A DNA stretch of 13,879 bases. Origin: an uncultured archaeon. GTDB taxonomy: Archaea; Asgardarchaeota; Lokiarchaeia; Sigyniarchaeales; SOKP01. A program made the translations under genes and the position numbers. Positions within the stretch are counted from its first letter, which is position 1. Each line of letters starts with the position of its first letter. The notes under the pieces were generated by a model. That model was not told the DNA's origin. It saw only the letters and a program-made list of their open reading frames with translations, and ran no database searches. The stretch is from the NCBI GenBank assembly GCA_964486045.1, contig CAZALK010000035.1, positions 1-13,879 on the forward strand. The letters run 5' to 3'. Positions 1 to 7,682 of the stretch are shown here, in pieces.

Positions 1-1
1 A

Positions 2-76
2 TTACAAGTATATTTAATTGGCAGTTCTAATTACACCGATTTTTATCTTTCAGGTTTTTTAAATTGCAATTTCTAA
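2..76 (+). CDS. Possible 3' end of a gene running in from the left edge (LQVYLIGSSNYTDFYLSGFLNCNF*)
   Basis: Frame 2 is open from the window edge to TAA at 74-76. Too short to confirm. Confidence 0.3.
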   Translation, partial: LQVYLIGSSNYTDFYLSGFLNCNF

Positions 77-153
77 CCTATAATCGATTAATTATCTTTA
101 TTATTTATAAAAATTAAGGAGTCAGATTTTCAAATGTCAGAGTCTAAAATGCA

Positions 154-290
154 TAAATTTATTCTATTTTTCTTAGAAATTCCATCTCATCTTCAAACTT
201 AGTATTTAAAAGTTATCCATGAATTTGAGATAAGTTTTAAATTAGCCATGTATGGAAAAAATTAAATGTCAGAAATGCAAACTTATCTAA
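154..290 (+). repeat. 137-bp direct repeat, copy A (promoter + first 8 codons MSEMQTYL)
   Basis: Manual alignment with 1941-2077 shows no gaps and 4 mismatches. Confidence 0.97.
209..241 (+). promoter_or_regulatory. Candidate operator AAAGTTATC-N11-GATAAGTTT abutting a TATA-like TTTTAAA (copy A)
   Basis: 8/9 inverted repeat at 209-217/229-237. TTTTAAA at 235-241 lies ~25 nt before the ATG at 266, the spacing expected for a leaderless archaeal transcript. Confidence 0.5.
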
Positions 291-349
291 TATCTGTATT
301 GATTGTCTTTTTCATCATTGTGCTTTATTTATATTTAACTTTAGTTTGA
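266..349 (+). CDS. Candidate 27-aa single-TM micropeptide MSEMQTYLISVLIVFFIIVLYLYLTLV
   Basis: Starts at the duplicated ATG and has an uninterrupted ~20-residue hydrophobic stretch. Its 3' end overlaps the stop of the convergent 341..1183 gene. Confidence 0.35.
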   Translation: MSEMQTYLISVLIVFFIIVLYLYLTLV

Positions 350-1183
350 TTCCTTTCTCTTTCCGCAAAACCTACAGAATTGAGCAAATGGTTCCAAAAA
401 TTCACCACATTTTCCACAATATTCATCATTTGATATCTCCAGATTATTAAGATCTTTATCTAGTAATGCCTTATATCTTTGTTTTGGAACGATTTCATAT
501 TTATCTAATAAATCCCCCCAAGCATGTAATTCATGATACCCATTCAACCATTTATTAGTTTGATTTAGTATAAAAAAGGATGAGATATTTAAAGGGACAA
601 AGAAAATCAAAATAAATATTATCCAAATATTAAAACCAGACATTATTATCGGGGGTAAGAGAATGGTAGTCATAAATATATTGTATAATACATAATACTT
701 TTCATGTTTCAAAATTAATCCCACTTTTACTGTCATTGATACATTATTATCTTGAAATAAGGGATCCCGCAGTTTGCGCCATTTAACAAATCTAGATTTG
801 GTTGTATAAATCTTGACCATCATCAAGATTTCTTCAGATAAGTAATTTAAATTCTGTTTTTCTTTTAAAAAATATTCTCGACGAATAACAATTGTCTTCT
901 TTATAAACCTAATTAAATTGTATAAAACAAAACTTACAAGTCCAATAAAAGGAGGAAGTGTGAAAAATAAGAATACAATAGAAAATAGCATAGATCCTAA
1001 TATCAGAGAAAATAGCATAGATCCTAATATCAGAGGAAATATCAGAGAAAATACCAACATCAAACCAAATATTTGCTGAAGTATTAAAAATGTTTGGGTC
1101 TTACGGATTTGTCTTGAGAGAAGATTATGATTTTTCTTCAATTTTTCATCAATTTCATCAGGAATTTCTATTTGTGGATTCAT
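341..1183 (-). CDS. Membrane protein (~4 TM) with C-terminal zinc ribbon
   Basis: 280-aa ORF with two hydrophobic hairpins and a C-terminal CGKC-x10-CRFC motif. Confidence 0.9.
   Translation of the reverse strand: MNPQIEIPDEIDEKLKKNHNLLSRQIRKTQTFLILQQIFGLMLVFSLIFPLILGSMLFSLILGSMLFSIVFLFFTLPPFIGLVSFVLYNLIRFIKKTIVIRREYFLKEKQNLNYLSEEILMMVKIYTTKSRFVKWRKLRDPLFQDNNVSMTVKVGLILKHEKYYVLYNIFMTTILLPPIIMSGFNIWIIFILIFFVPLNISSFFILNQTNKWLNGYHELHAWGDLLDKYEIVPKQRYKALLDKDLNNLEISNDEYCGKCGEFLEPFAQFCRFCGKRKESN
980..1035. repeat. Perfect 27-bp in-frame tandem duplication (LILGSMLFS x2)
   Basis: AGAAAATAGCATAGATCCTAATATCAG occurs at 980-1006 and 1007-1033, with a partial third match at 1038-1053. Confidence 0.95.
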
Positions 1184-1223
1184 AAGTAAAATAGTAATTT
1201 TGAGTATATAAGCAAATATGGAA

Positions 1224-1767
1224 CTAAGGTCCTTCTGTTCCTATTATTGAAATTTTATCCTTTAGTAGAAGTAATGCTATTAAAAAATAAAATATTAAAA
1301 ATCCTAGAGAAATCCAAAAGAAAATAAAAACACTGTTAGAAAACCAGACTAACAGGAATATAAAAAAAAAAGGCAATAAAATCATTTGAACAATTAAAAT
1401 TTCAAAGATAATTGTTTTAAAATCTTTTTTGTCTTCCGTTTTTTTGTATTTGTCTTTTTCACTTTTGATCTTGCTCTTTTCCTTATGAAGAAAAAATTAT
1501 TGCCCAGATGAATTTAGAGAACTTGTTCCATTGTTTACAGAAATGTTAAAAGAGATTTCTTGATTAAATGATCTCCATGGAAAAATAACATATTGTAATG
1601 TTCCAGTATGCTGATCTAGATGTCGAGTCTCTTGATTTCTCAGGAGGATTAAAATAAAAAAAACCAATAAGTAGTGATGCGATACCAACAATTATCAGGT
1701 TTAGGTTAATTGCCGTACTAAAAAATGGGTATAAGTTGGAGACATGATTGATAAGTATTCGAGACAC
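1224..1767 (-). pseudogene. Disrupted membrane protein gene
   Basis: ORFs 1564..1767 and 1497..1691 can be joined by a frameshift at the A8 run (1656-1663). After the TAA at 1497-1499 the same frame stays open for 90 more codons (FFLHKEKSKIKSEKDKYKKTEDKKDFKTIIFEILIVQMILLPFFFIFLLVWFSNSVFIFFWISLGFLIFYFLIALLLLKDKISIIGTEGP*). Confidence 0.65.
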
Positions 1768-1940
1768 TAATGTTATTTTTTATCTCAATATAGTAATCTT
1801 GAGTTTTTATAGAATTTAGGTTTATTATTCTCCTCTCCTTTAGTATTATTTTATGATAAATTCGTAATAAAATTTTTTTAAAAAAAAAAATAGTTAGAGT
1901 ATTATTTTAACCTACAATGTCATCAGAATCCATAATATCT

Positions 1941-2077
1941 TAAATTTATTCTATTTTTCTTAGAAATTCCATCTTATCTTCAAAGTTAGTATTTAAAAGT
2001 TATCCATGAATTTGAGATAAGTTTTAAATTAGCCATATATAGAAAAAATTAAATGTCAGAAATGCAAACTTATCTAA
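1941..2077 (+). repeat. 137-bp direct repeat, copy B (promoter and start of 2053..2682)
   Basis: 133/137 identical to 154-290. Confidence 0.97.
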
Positions 2078-2682
2078 GGAAAGAAATTAATATTGACAGA
2101 AATGGTTTCAATATGGATTCATCAGAAGTAGATATTCCAATAATAAAAATACATCTTAAAACACATTGGTATTTAGTATTACTATTGTCTTTAATACCAA
2201 TGATCCTTTTGGTGTTTCCCCCCTTTTTTTTACGATATGAGTTATGGTATTATATATTTATGGGAACACTGGGAACCATATCTTTTGTTATTGGTTTATT
2301 ATGTAAAAATATAGAATTGATTTTCAAGATTGATAACGCCAACAATATTTTAATTTATGAGAGATTTTGGACTAATTTACGTATCAACCAGAGATCATTT
2401 AAATTGCATGATATCAAAAGGTTTAATGTTTTCACCCGTAATATTCCTTACACGGGAGGAATTAATTTTTTAACAGGAGAATATAATTTTTTAGCCCTTG
2501 AATTTATTTCTCAAAAACCAAAATATCTTTCATACTTAAGAGACTCTCCATTTACAGTTGATTATGCGCAACGATTGAACCATTTTTTAGAATCATTCAC
2601 CTCATTAAATAAAATTGATTTAAACAACCCAATAATACCATCTAAGTACTCAAGTGCAAAAAAAATGAGGATATTTAATTAA
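2053..2682 (+). CDS. Hypothetical membrane protein: 2 N-terminal TM + soluble beta-rich (possibly PH-like) domain
   Basis: 209-aa ORF with a TM pair at aa ~39-84. The segment FKIDNANNILIYERF...RSFKLHDIKRF resembles bacterial PH-like membrane proteins (inference). Confidence 0.85.
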   Translation: MSEMQTYLRKEINIDRNGFNMDSSEVDIPIIKIHLKTHWYLVLLLSLIPMILLVFPPFFLRYELWYYIFMGTLGTISFVIGLLCKNIELIFKIDNANNILIYERFWTNLRINQRSFKLHDIKRFNVFTRNIPYTGGINFLTGEYNFLALEFISQKPKYLSYLRDSPFTVDYAQRLNHFLESFTSLNKIDLNNPIIPSKYSSAKKMRIFN

Positions 2683-2739
2683 GAATTTCATAATCTATTC
2701 CTATATTAACTATATTGTTAAGATTAGCTAAATTTTTAG

Positions 2740-3378
2740 ATGGGATCAAGAATGGGAAGGAATAAAAAGGAAATTAGTGAAATAAAGAAATTTAGAAAGA
2801 AATACAATGAAGATCATGCAGATAAATATGATAACGAATGGTGGAATGATGAAAATGCTTTAGAAGAATTTGAAGGTTTTAGAAAATTTGTCAAAATAAA
2901 ACCTGGTGAAGTTATTTTGGATATTGCGACAGGAACAGGGACTTTCTTAATCGAGATGGCAAAAATGGGTGCTATTTGTTATGGACTTGATCAATCTCCC
3001 AGAATGCTCGAGAAACTGAAATTTAAGGTAAAAAAAGAGAAAATTGAGGGAAGAGTAGAGAATATCAAAGTAGGCACTGCGGATAAATTACCTTACCCTA
3101 GTGACATTTTTAACTGGATTGTTTGTATAGGGATGTTTGAATATTACCCCTTAGAATATGTGGAAGTTGTTTTATCAGAAATAATTAGGGTCCTCAAACC
3201 TGAAGGAAAGTGTTTCATGGATATTCCAAATCCCAATAACTCTTATGCTCAAGAAAGAGGCTATATATTTAGTTTTGATCTTGAAGAATTTGAAAAATTA
3301 GTAAAATCTTTGAGTATAAGAATTTTAACTACAAATAGTGCAGGTTACATGCTTCAATATCTCCTGGTTAAACTCTAG
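2740..3378 (+). CDS. Class I SAM-dependent methyltransferase (UbiE/Methyltransf_11-like)
   Basis: Motif I VILDIATGTG, followed by GLDQSPRML, ADKLPYPSDIFNWIV and EIIRVLKPEG. Confidence 0.95.
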   Translation: MGSRMGRNKKEISEIKKFRKKYNEDHADKYDNEWWNDENALEEFEGFRKFVKIKPGEVILDIATGTGTFLIEMAKMGAICYGLDQSPRMLEKLKFKVKKEKIEGRVENIKVGTADKLPYPSDIFNWIVCIGMFEYYPLEYVEVVLSEIIRVLKPEGKCFMDIPNPNNSYAQERGYIFSFDLEEFEKLVKSLSIRILTTNSAGYMLQYLLVKL

Positions 3379-3570
3379 TTTTTTATGACCAAAATATCAG
3401 AAAAATTTAGCAGTTGAGGATATAAAATTTATTTACCTTTTTTATGCGTGTACTGTTCATTTTACTTCCAATTTTAAAGGTAAAGAGAGCTGAAGAGATA
3501 AAATGTTATTTTAGGAATAAGAATTAATTTATTTACTCTTCTTCTTTGTTATTTGTAACATAAAAATCAG

Positions 3571-3786
3571 ATGGTCATCATTTTAAAAAAGACAAAATAT
3601 ATAATAGGATTGGAAGTAATATTCGGAATTGTAAGCTTAGTCTCGATTTATACTGCTAATACCAGCTTAGCATGAGGAACAAGACGACCAATAGAATTTG
3701 ATTATGTAGCAGGTATAAGTTTTATAATCATGGCAATGATACTATTAATATATCTATTATCAGAATATTTAAACCGAGAAAAATGA
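3571..3786 (+). pseudogene. Small 2-TM membrane protein gene with one in-frame TGA
   Basis: Translates as MVIILKKTKYIIGLEVIFGIVSLVSIYTANTSLA*GTRRPIEFDYVAGISFIIMAMILLIYLLSEYLNREK*. The TGA at 3673-3675 lies in the loop between two hydrophobic segments. Confidence 0.6.
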
Positions 3787-4028
3787 TTCCAATAAAACAA
3801 ATTTTAGTTATTGGATGATTATCCCGGCAAAGGACTCGGAAAATTTGTTTCGTTTTTAGATTGGGAGTTATATCAAATTGATATAGGTGTAATAATGAAG
3901 GTATATATTAGATTGCTGATTTAAGCGATTACGTTATTGATCAGAAAAGTTACGAACTTCTTTGGCATAGACGGTATGATAATCTACATAAAGAATTAAT
4001 GAAGAAGAGGGTTAAGAAAAAGAATTGA
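3783..4028 (+). pseudogene. Decayed gene remnant
   Basis: ATG overlaps the previous stop (ATGA). Protein-like pieces lie in different frames: LLDDYPGKGLGKFVSFLDWELYQIDIG and NNEGIY*IADLSDYVIDQKSYELLWHRRYDNLHKELMKKRVKKKN*. Confidence 0.4.
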
Positions 4029-4037
4029 TCCTGAATC

Positions 4038-4760
4038 CTATTGTACCGATAGACTTGCTCCAGGAATATAAACAACCATAATTTGGAAATTCGAATTAAA
4101 AATTAAGTATTGTTCAATTGTTAGATGTTCAGATTCCCAAAAATTATAAGCAAAATTATATTTTAAATTCATTTTAACTAGAAAAATATTGCTTAATATA
4201 ATCGTAGAGTTATAATTAACAGTAGAGGGTATTTCTGTAAAATTTAAATACCAATTTCCCGACCAAAATGAAGGTCTATCTCCCCAGTGAGTCCACTCAG
4301 CGGCAAATATCTCTGTGTGGTCTGCATACTCTGCTTTAATGATTGCATCATTGTTATAGTTCAGATATATCAAAGATTCATTGGTGACTTCTAATGAATA
4401 AATAAAATTTTGCTGATAATTTGAAACTAAGTGAAATTTTGTTTTATCTTTATCAATTTTCAGCTTTAAGGATTCTATGAATCCTCTGTCGATATGATAT
4501 TTATAATTATGAAAAGATCCACTTAAGTTTTGAATTTCACCCCAAATGTCGCGAGATTTACAATACTTTAGATAATCAAACAATTCACTTTTTTCTACTA
4601 TGCTCTCAAAATTTTGAATGTTTGCTCCATAAGTTATCTTATAGTAGATTCTAATAAGAATTAAGGAATTATTAACAAATAACGATAAAGGGGTGATTGT
4701 ACCTGTTAGAAAGATTATTATGATGGTAATTGTAAGTTTTCTTTTGATTTTCACTCTCAC
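4038..4760 (-). CDS. Hypothetical exported or N-terminally anchored protein
   Basis: 240 aa with a basic N-terminus and hydrophobic helix. The rest is Asn/Tyr-rich with several N-x-S/T sequons. Confidence 0.88.
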   Translation of the reverse strand: MRVKIKRKLTITIIIIFLTGTITPLSLFVNNSLILIRIYYKITYGANIQNFESIVEKSELFDYLKYCKSRDIWGEIQNLSGSFHNYKYHIDRGFIESLKLKIDKDKTKFHLVSNYQQNFIYSLEVTNESLIYLNYNNDAIIKAEYADHTEIFAAEWTHWGDRPSFWSGNWYLNFTEIPSTVNYNSTIILSNIFLVKMNLKYNFAYNFWESEHLTIEQYLIFNSNFQIMVVYIPGASLSVQ

Positions 4761-4803
4761 CTTTTATTGGAATAAATTGCTCTTACATCTTTTATATTTT
4801 ACA

Positions 4804-5664
4804 TTAATTTTTAAGAGTTTTTATCGATGTATCCCATTCTCTCAAAGCTGATACAATGTTTAAGAAATGCTCTTTAAAATTAATTGGAGTTGAGTATTCA
4901 TAGAAATACAAATATTTTTTTATATTATATGTTGAACGAGTAAATCTTCCCTTTCTGGGAAGCCATCTTTTTTCTGATATCTCTTTATGGATTTTGAATC
5001 CTGAATCATTTGATTTTAAACATAATTTATCGGAAATCATAAAAATTCTTATCATTTGTGACTCCACTTCTCTCCGCTTTATTAGTTTACATTGTAGATC
5101 AAATTGCACGAAGTAAGGGGATTTTAATTTGATAATAAATTTATCATGTAATACTCCTAATAGGATTGGGATACTAATACTTGAAAAAATATAGATTAGC
5201 AGTAATCTAATATTGAGAGAAATAATCACATAATCTAGAGAATATGAAATCCCAATATTCATTACAATAAAGAAGATAAGAGAGAAACTATTAAACAAAT
5301 AAAAATTTAGTCTTGTTTTGTACTTTCTTCGCAATTCAAAACCTAAGTGATGCAATTCTTCCTTAAGAAAATTAACCAATGTTGGAGAAAACCTGTTGTA
5401 GGATAATAAGAAGAAGTGGATGAATAAAAAGATTAAGAAAAGAAACCAAAAAACAATTTGATCAGATAAATATTTTCCAGAACCTTGCTCATAAGGTATC
5501 ATAAATAATTGGTATATCATATATAAACCAATAAGTGTAATTATTAGAAGATATACCTTAAGTAGATTCTTTAAATATTCAGTTTTGATAATCGCAAAAA
5601 AGTTTGGACCCAGATCATTGCTCTCAAGGTTTAATTCGCCGTGTGTGTCATTTAAATCTTTCAC
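4804..5664 (-). CDS. Hypothetical 4-TM membrane protein with soluble C-terminal domain
   Basis: 286 aa with four hydrophobic segments. Its GTG start overlaps the TGA of the upstream gene (GTGA, 5661-5664). Confidence 0.9.
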   Translation of the reverse strand: MKDLNDTHGELNLESNDLGPNFFAIIKTEYLKNLLKVYLLIITLIGLYMIYQLFMIPYEQGSGKYLSDQIVFWFLFLIFLFIHFFLLSYNRFSPTLVNFLKEELHHLGFELRRKYKTRLNFYLFNSFSLIFFIVMNIGISYSLDYVIISLNIRLLLIYIFSSISIPILLGVLHDKFIIKLKSPYFVQFDLQCKLIKRREVESQMIRIFMISDKLCLKSNDSGFKIHKEISEKRWLPRKGRFTRSTYNIKKYLYFYEYSTPINFKEHFLNIVSALREWDTSIKTLKN

Positions 5665-6122
5665 TTTTTATCACCCCACACTTTTGTTTTATTTTTTTCT
5701 TCCTCTGGGGATGTCCAAAACTTTTGAATAATTTCCCGAAATAACTCAAAATCGGGATTATCTTTTTCATTCAATTTAACCATATGAAACTTACTTGTTT
5801 TTTTCTTGATTTCAATATAGTTTTGCTCTAACAAAAAATCAAAAGCATGGATTAATTTTTCGTGTCTATCTATATTTAAACATTTCATTATATCAGTCTT
5901 AGATATAATTTCTTCAGAAGCTTGTAACTTTGCTAAGCTCATTAATACTTGACCCCCTCTTAGAGAAAACACAGTTGTTAGTTTATCAAAAATTCTACAA
6001 ATAGTAGTCATTAAAGCCTCTAATTCATTATAAAAACTGATTTTATCGCGATTTTTAAGCTCTAAGGCTTCGTCAAAACGATCTAAGCCATATTTCTTAA
6101 TAAAATCATTTATTGAATTCAT
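5661..6122 (-). CDS. Probable winged-helix DNA-binding protein
   Basis: The pattern QVLMSLAKL...ISKTDIMKCLNIDRHEKLIHAFDFLLEQNYIEIKKKTSKFHMVKL fits three helices plus a beta wing. The family is not identifiable. Confidence 0.75.
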   Translation of the reverse strand: MNSINDFIKKYGLDRFDEALELKNRDKISFYNELEALMTTICRIFDKLTTVFSLRGGQVLMSLAKLQASEEIISKTDIMKCLNIDRHEKLIHAFDFLLEQNYIEIKKKTSKFHMVKLNEKDNPDFELFREIIQKFWTSPEEEKNKTKVWGDKK

Positions 6123-6203
6123 CTTAAATATAAATCATGGAATAAAAATTATTAAAACCTTCTATACTGAATTTTTGTGATTTAATCTATATATTTTGAT
6201 TAT

Positions 6204-6273
6204 ACATGATTCATGTTTAATATTACATACTTCTTGTATTACATAACAAGGATTAGTGCTGAATCTTTATAAA
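6204..6273. promoter_or_regulatory. Divergent promoter region with candidate operators
   Basis: Palindrome ACATGA-T-TCATGT (6204-6216), direct repeat TATTACATA (6221-6229, 6237-6245) and palindromic TATA-like TTTATAAA (6266-6273), all between divergent genes. Confidence 0.45.
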
Positions 6274-6363
6274 CTAACTAAACTATTTAGGATTATCAAA
6301 GTTTTAACTGAAATTTAACACTTAAAAATACATTTAATAACGGTAGGTAATTAAATACTAAAG

Positions 6364-7662
6364 ATGAATACAAAAAGACTTATTCTCATTTTATTTTTTA
6401 CCATTATTATATTTGGGAATCCTTTTCTTATTATTGAAGGTTCTGCATTAACTTATTCAAATCCTTCTACAACTCCAGTATGGTCATATTCAACAGGAAA
6501 TAGATATATTTCTGCGGTTGCTATTTCTTCAGATGGTAGCTATATTGCAGCTACAGATGAAAATTTAGTATATGATATTTCAATAAACGCAAATGGAACA
6601 TTGTTTTTATTTGATAATTCAAACTCTTCGACAAAGCTTCCATTATGGAATTATTCTATTTCAAATAGTTTTTCTTCTCTAGCAATTTCTGGAAATGGTT
6701 CTTATATTGTAGCAGGGGGAAGTTACATAGATAAAACAGTTTACTTGTTTAATAGTTCAATTCCTACACCTGAATGGGCTTATTCTGCCAATGGAAGGAT
6801 TTATGATGTAGCGATTTCAGATGATGATGATTATATTGCTGCTGCAAGCGGTCCACGGTATAAATCTTTTATTTTTAATATTACTGAATCTACCCCTATT
6901 AAGGGCTACTCAACAACGGGATTAACGCTTCGAGTTGCGATCTCTTCAAATGGGAGTTTTATGGCGGCAACCGATAATGCTGGAAAGCTTTATTTCTTCA
7001 ATACTACTAATAATTCACCTGAATGGACCTTTTCTCTATCTGGAGATATGAGTACTTCCCTATCTATATCGGCTGATGGTAATTATATAGCTTCGGGGGG
7101 TGATAAAGTGTATTTTTTTAGGAGACAAAGCTCAATTCCATTATGGACCAACAATGCACCGGATCACGTTAGTTCCATAAAAATTTCTCAAGATGGAAAT
7201 TATATAGTCGCTGGTGGTGACTATCGTGATACAAAAGTATATTTTTTTAATCGAAATAATTCAATTCCCGAATGGACATATTCAACAAAATCAGAAATTA
7301 CCTCAGTTGCTATCTCATCTAATGGGGATTATATAGTTGCCCTAACCAGAAATTATCGGATTTATTTATTTAATAAATATAGTTCAACACCAATATGGAG
7401 GTATAGATTGGATGGATATACTAATGCAAATTATGATTCTGGTTTAGATATTTCTTCAGATGGTAAATATATTGTAGTAGGAGGGAGACACAGGATTTAT
7501 TTATTTGATCGAGATATCGTTACTGCTCCTAAATTAATTATCCCGGGATATAACCTTTTTGTCATAGTTTTGATGATAGGTATCATGCTTCTAAGCAGTG
7601 TAATATCTTTATTTTTTAAATTTAGAAAAAATAAAGCAACCTTTCTAATCAATTCAAAATAA
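6364..7662 (+). CDS. Cell-surface WD40/PQQ-like beta-propeller with Loki-CTERM-type sorting tail
   Basis: Signal peptide, then eight P-x-W-x-Y / AISxDGxYI repeats. The C-terminus has IPGY + TM helix + KFRKNK. Confidence 0.92.
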   Translation: MNTKRLILILFFTIIIFGNPFLIIEGSALTYSNPSTTPVWSYSTGNRYISAVAISSDGSYIAATDENLVYDISINANGTLFLFDNSNSSTKLPLWNYSISNSFSSLAISGNGSYIVAGGSYIDKTVYLFNSSIPTPEWAYSANGRIYDVAISDDDDYIAAASGPRYKSFIFNITESTPIKGYSTTGLTLRVAISSNGSFMAATDNAGKLYFFNTTNNSPEWTFSLSGDMSTSLSISADGNYIASGGDKVYFFRRQSSIPLWTNNAPDHVSSIKISQDGNYIVAGGDYRDTKVYFFNRNNSIPEWTYSTKSEITSVAISSNGDYIVALTRNYRIYLFNKYSSTPIWRYRLDGYTNANYDSGLDISSDGKYIVVGGRHRIYLFDRDIVTAPKLIIPGYNLFVIVLMIGIMLLSSVISLFFKFRKNKATFLINSK

Positions 7663-7682
7663 TAACAATTCAAAATTAATGG

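Noticed and set aside
1497-1767. ORFs 1497..1691 and 1564..1767 as independent genes
   Set aside because: They overlap on the same strand and are better explained as fragments of one frameshifted pseudogene.
2660-2765. Possible frameshifted C-terminal TM extension of 2053..2682
   Set aside because: A short hydrophobic stretch exists in another frame (SIPILTILLRLAKF), but it cannot be told from chance without homologues.
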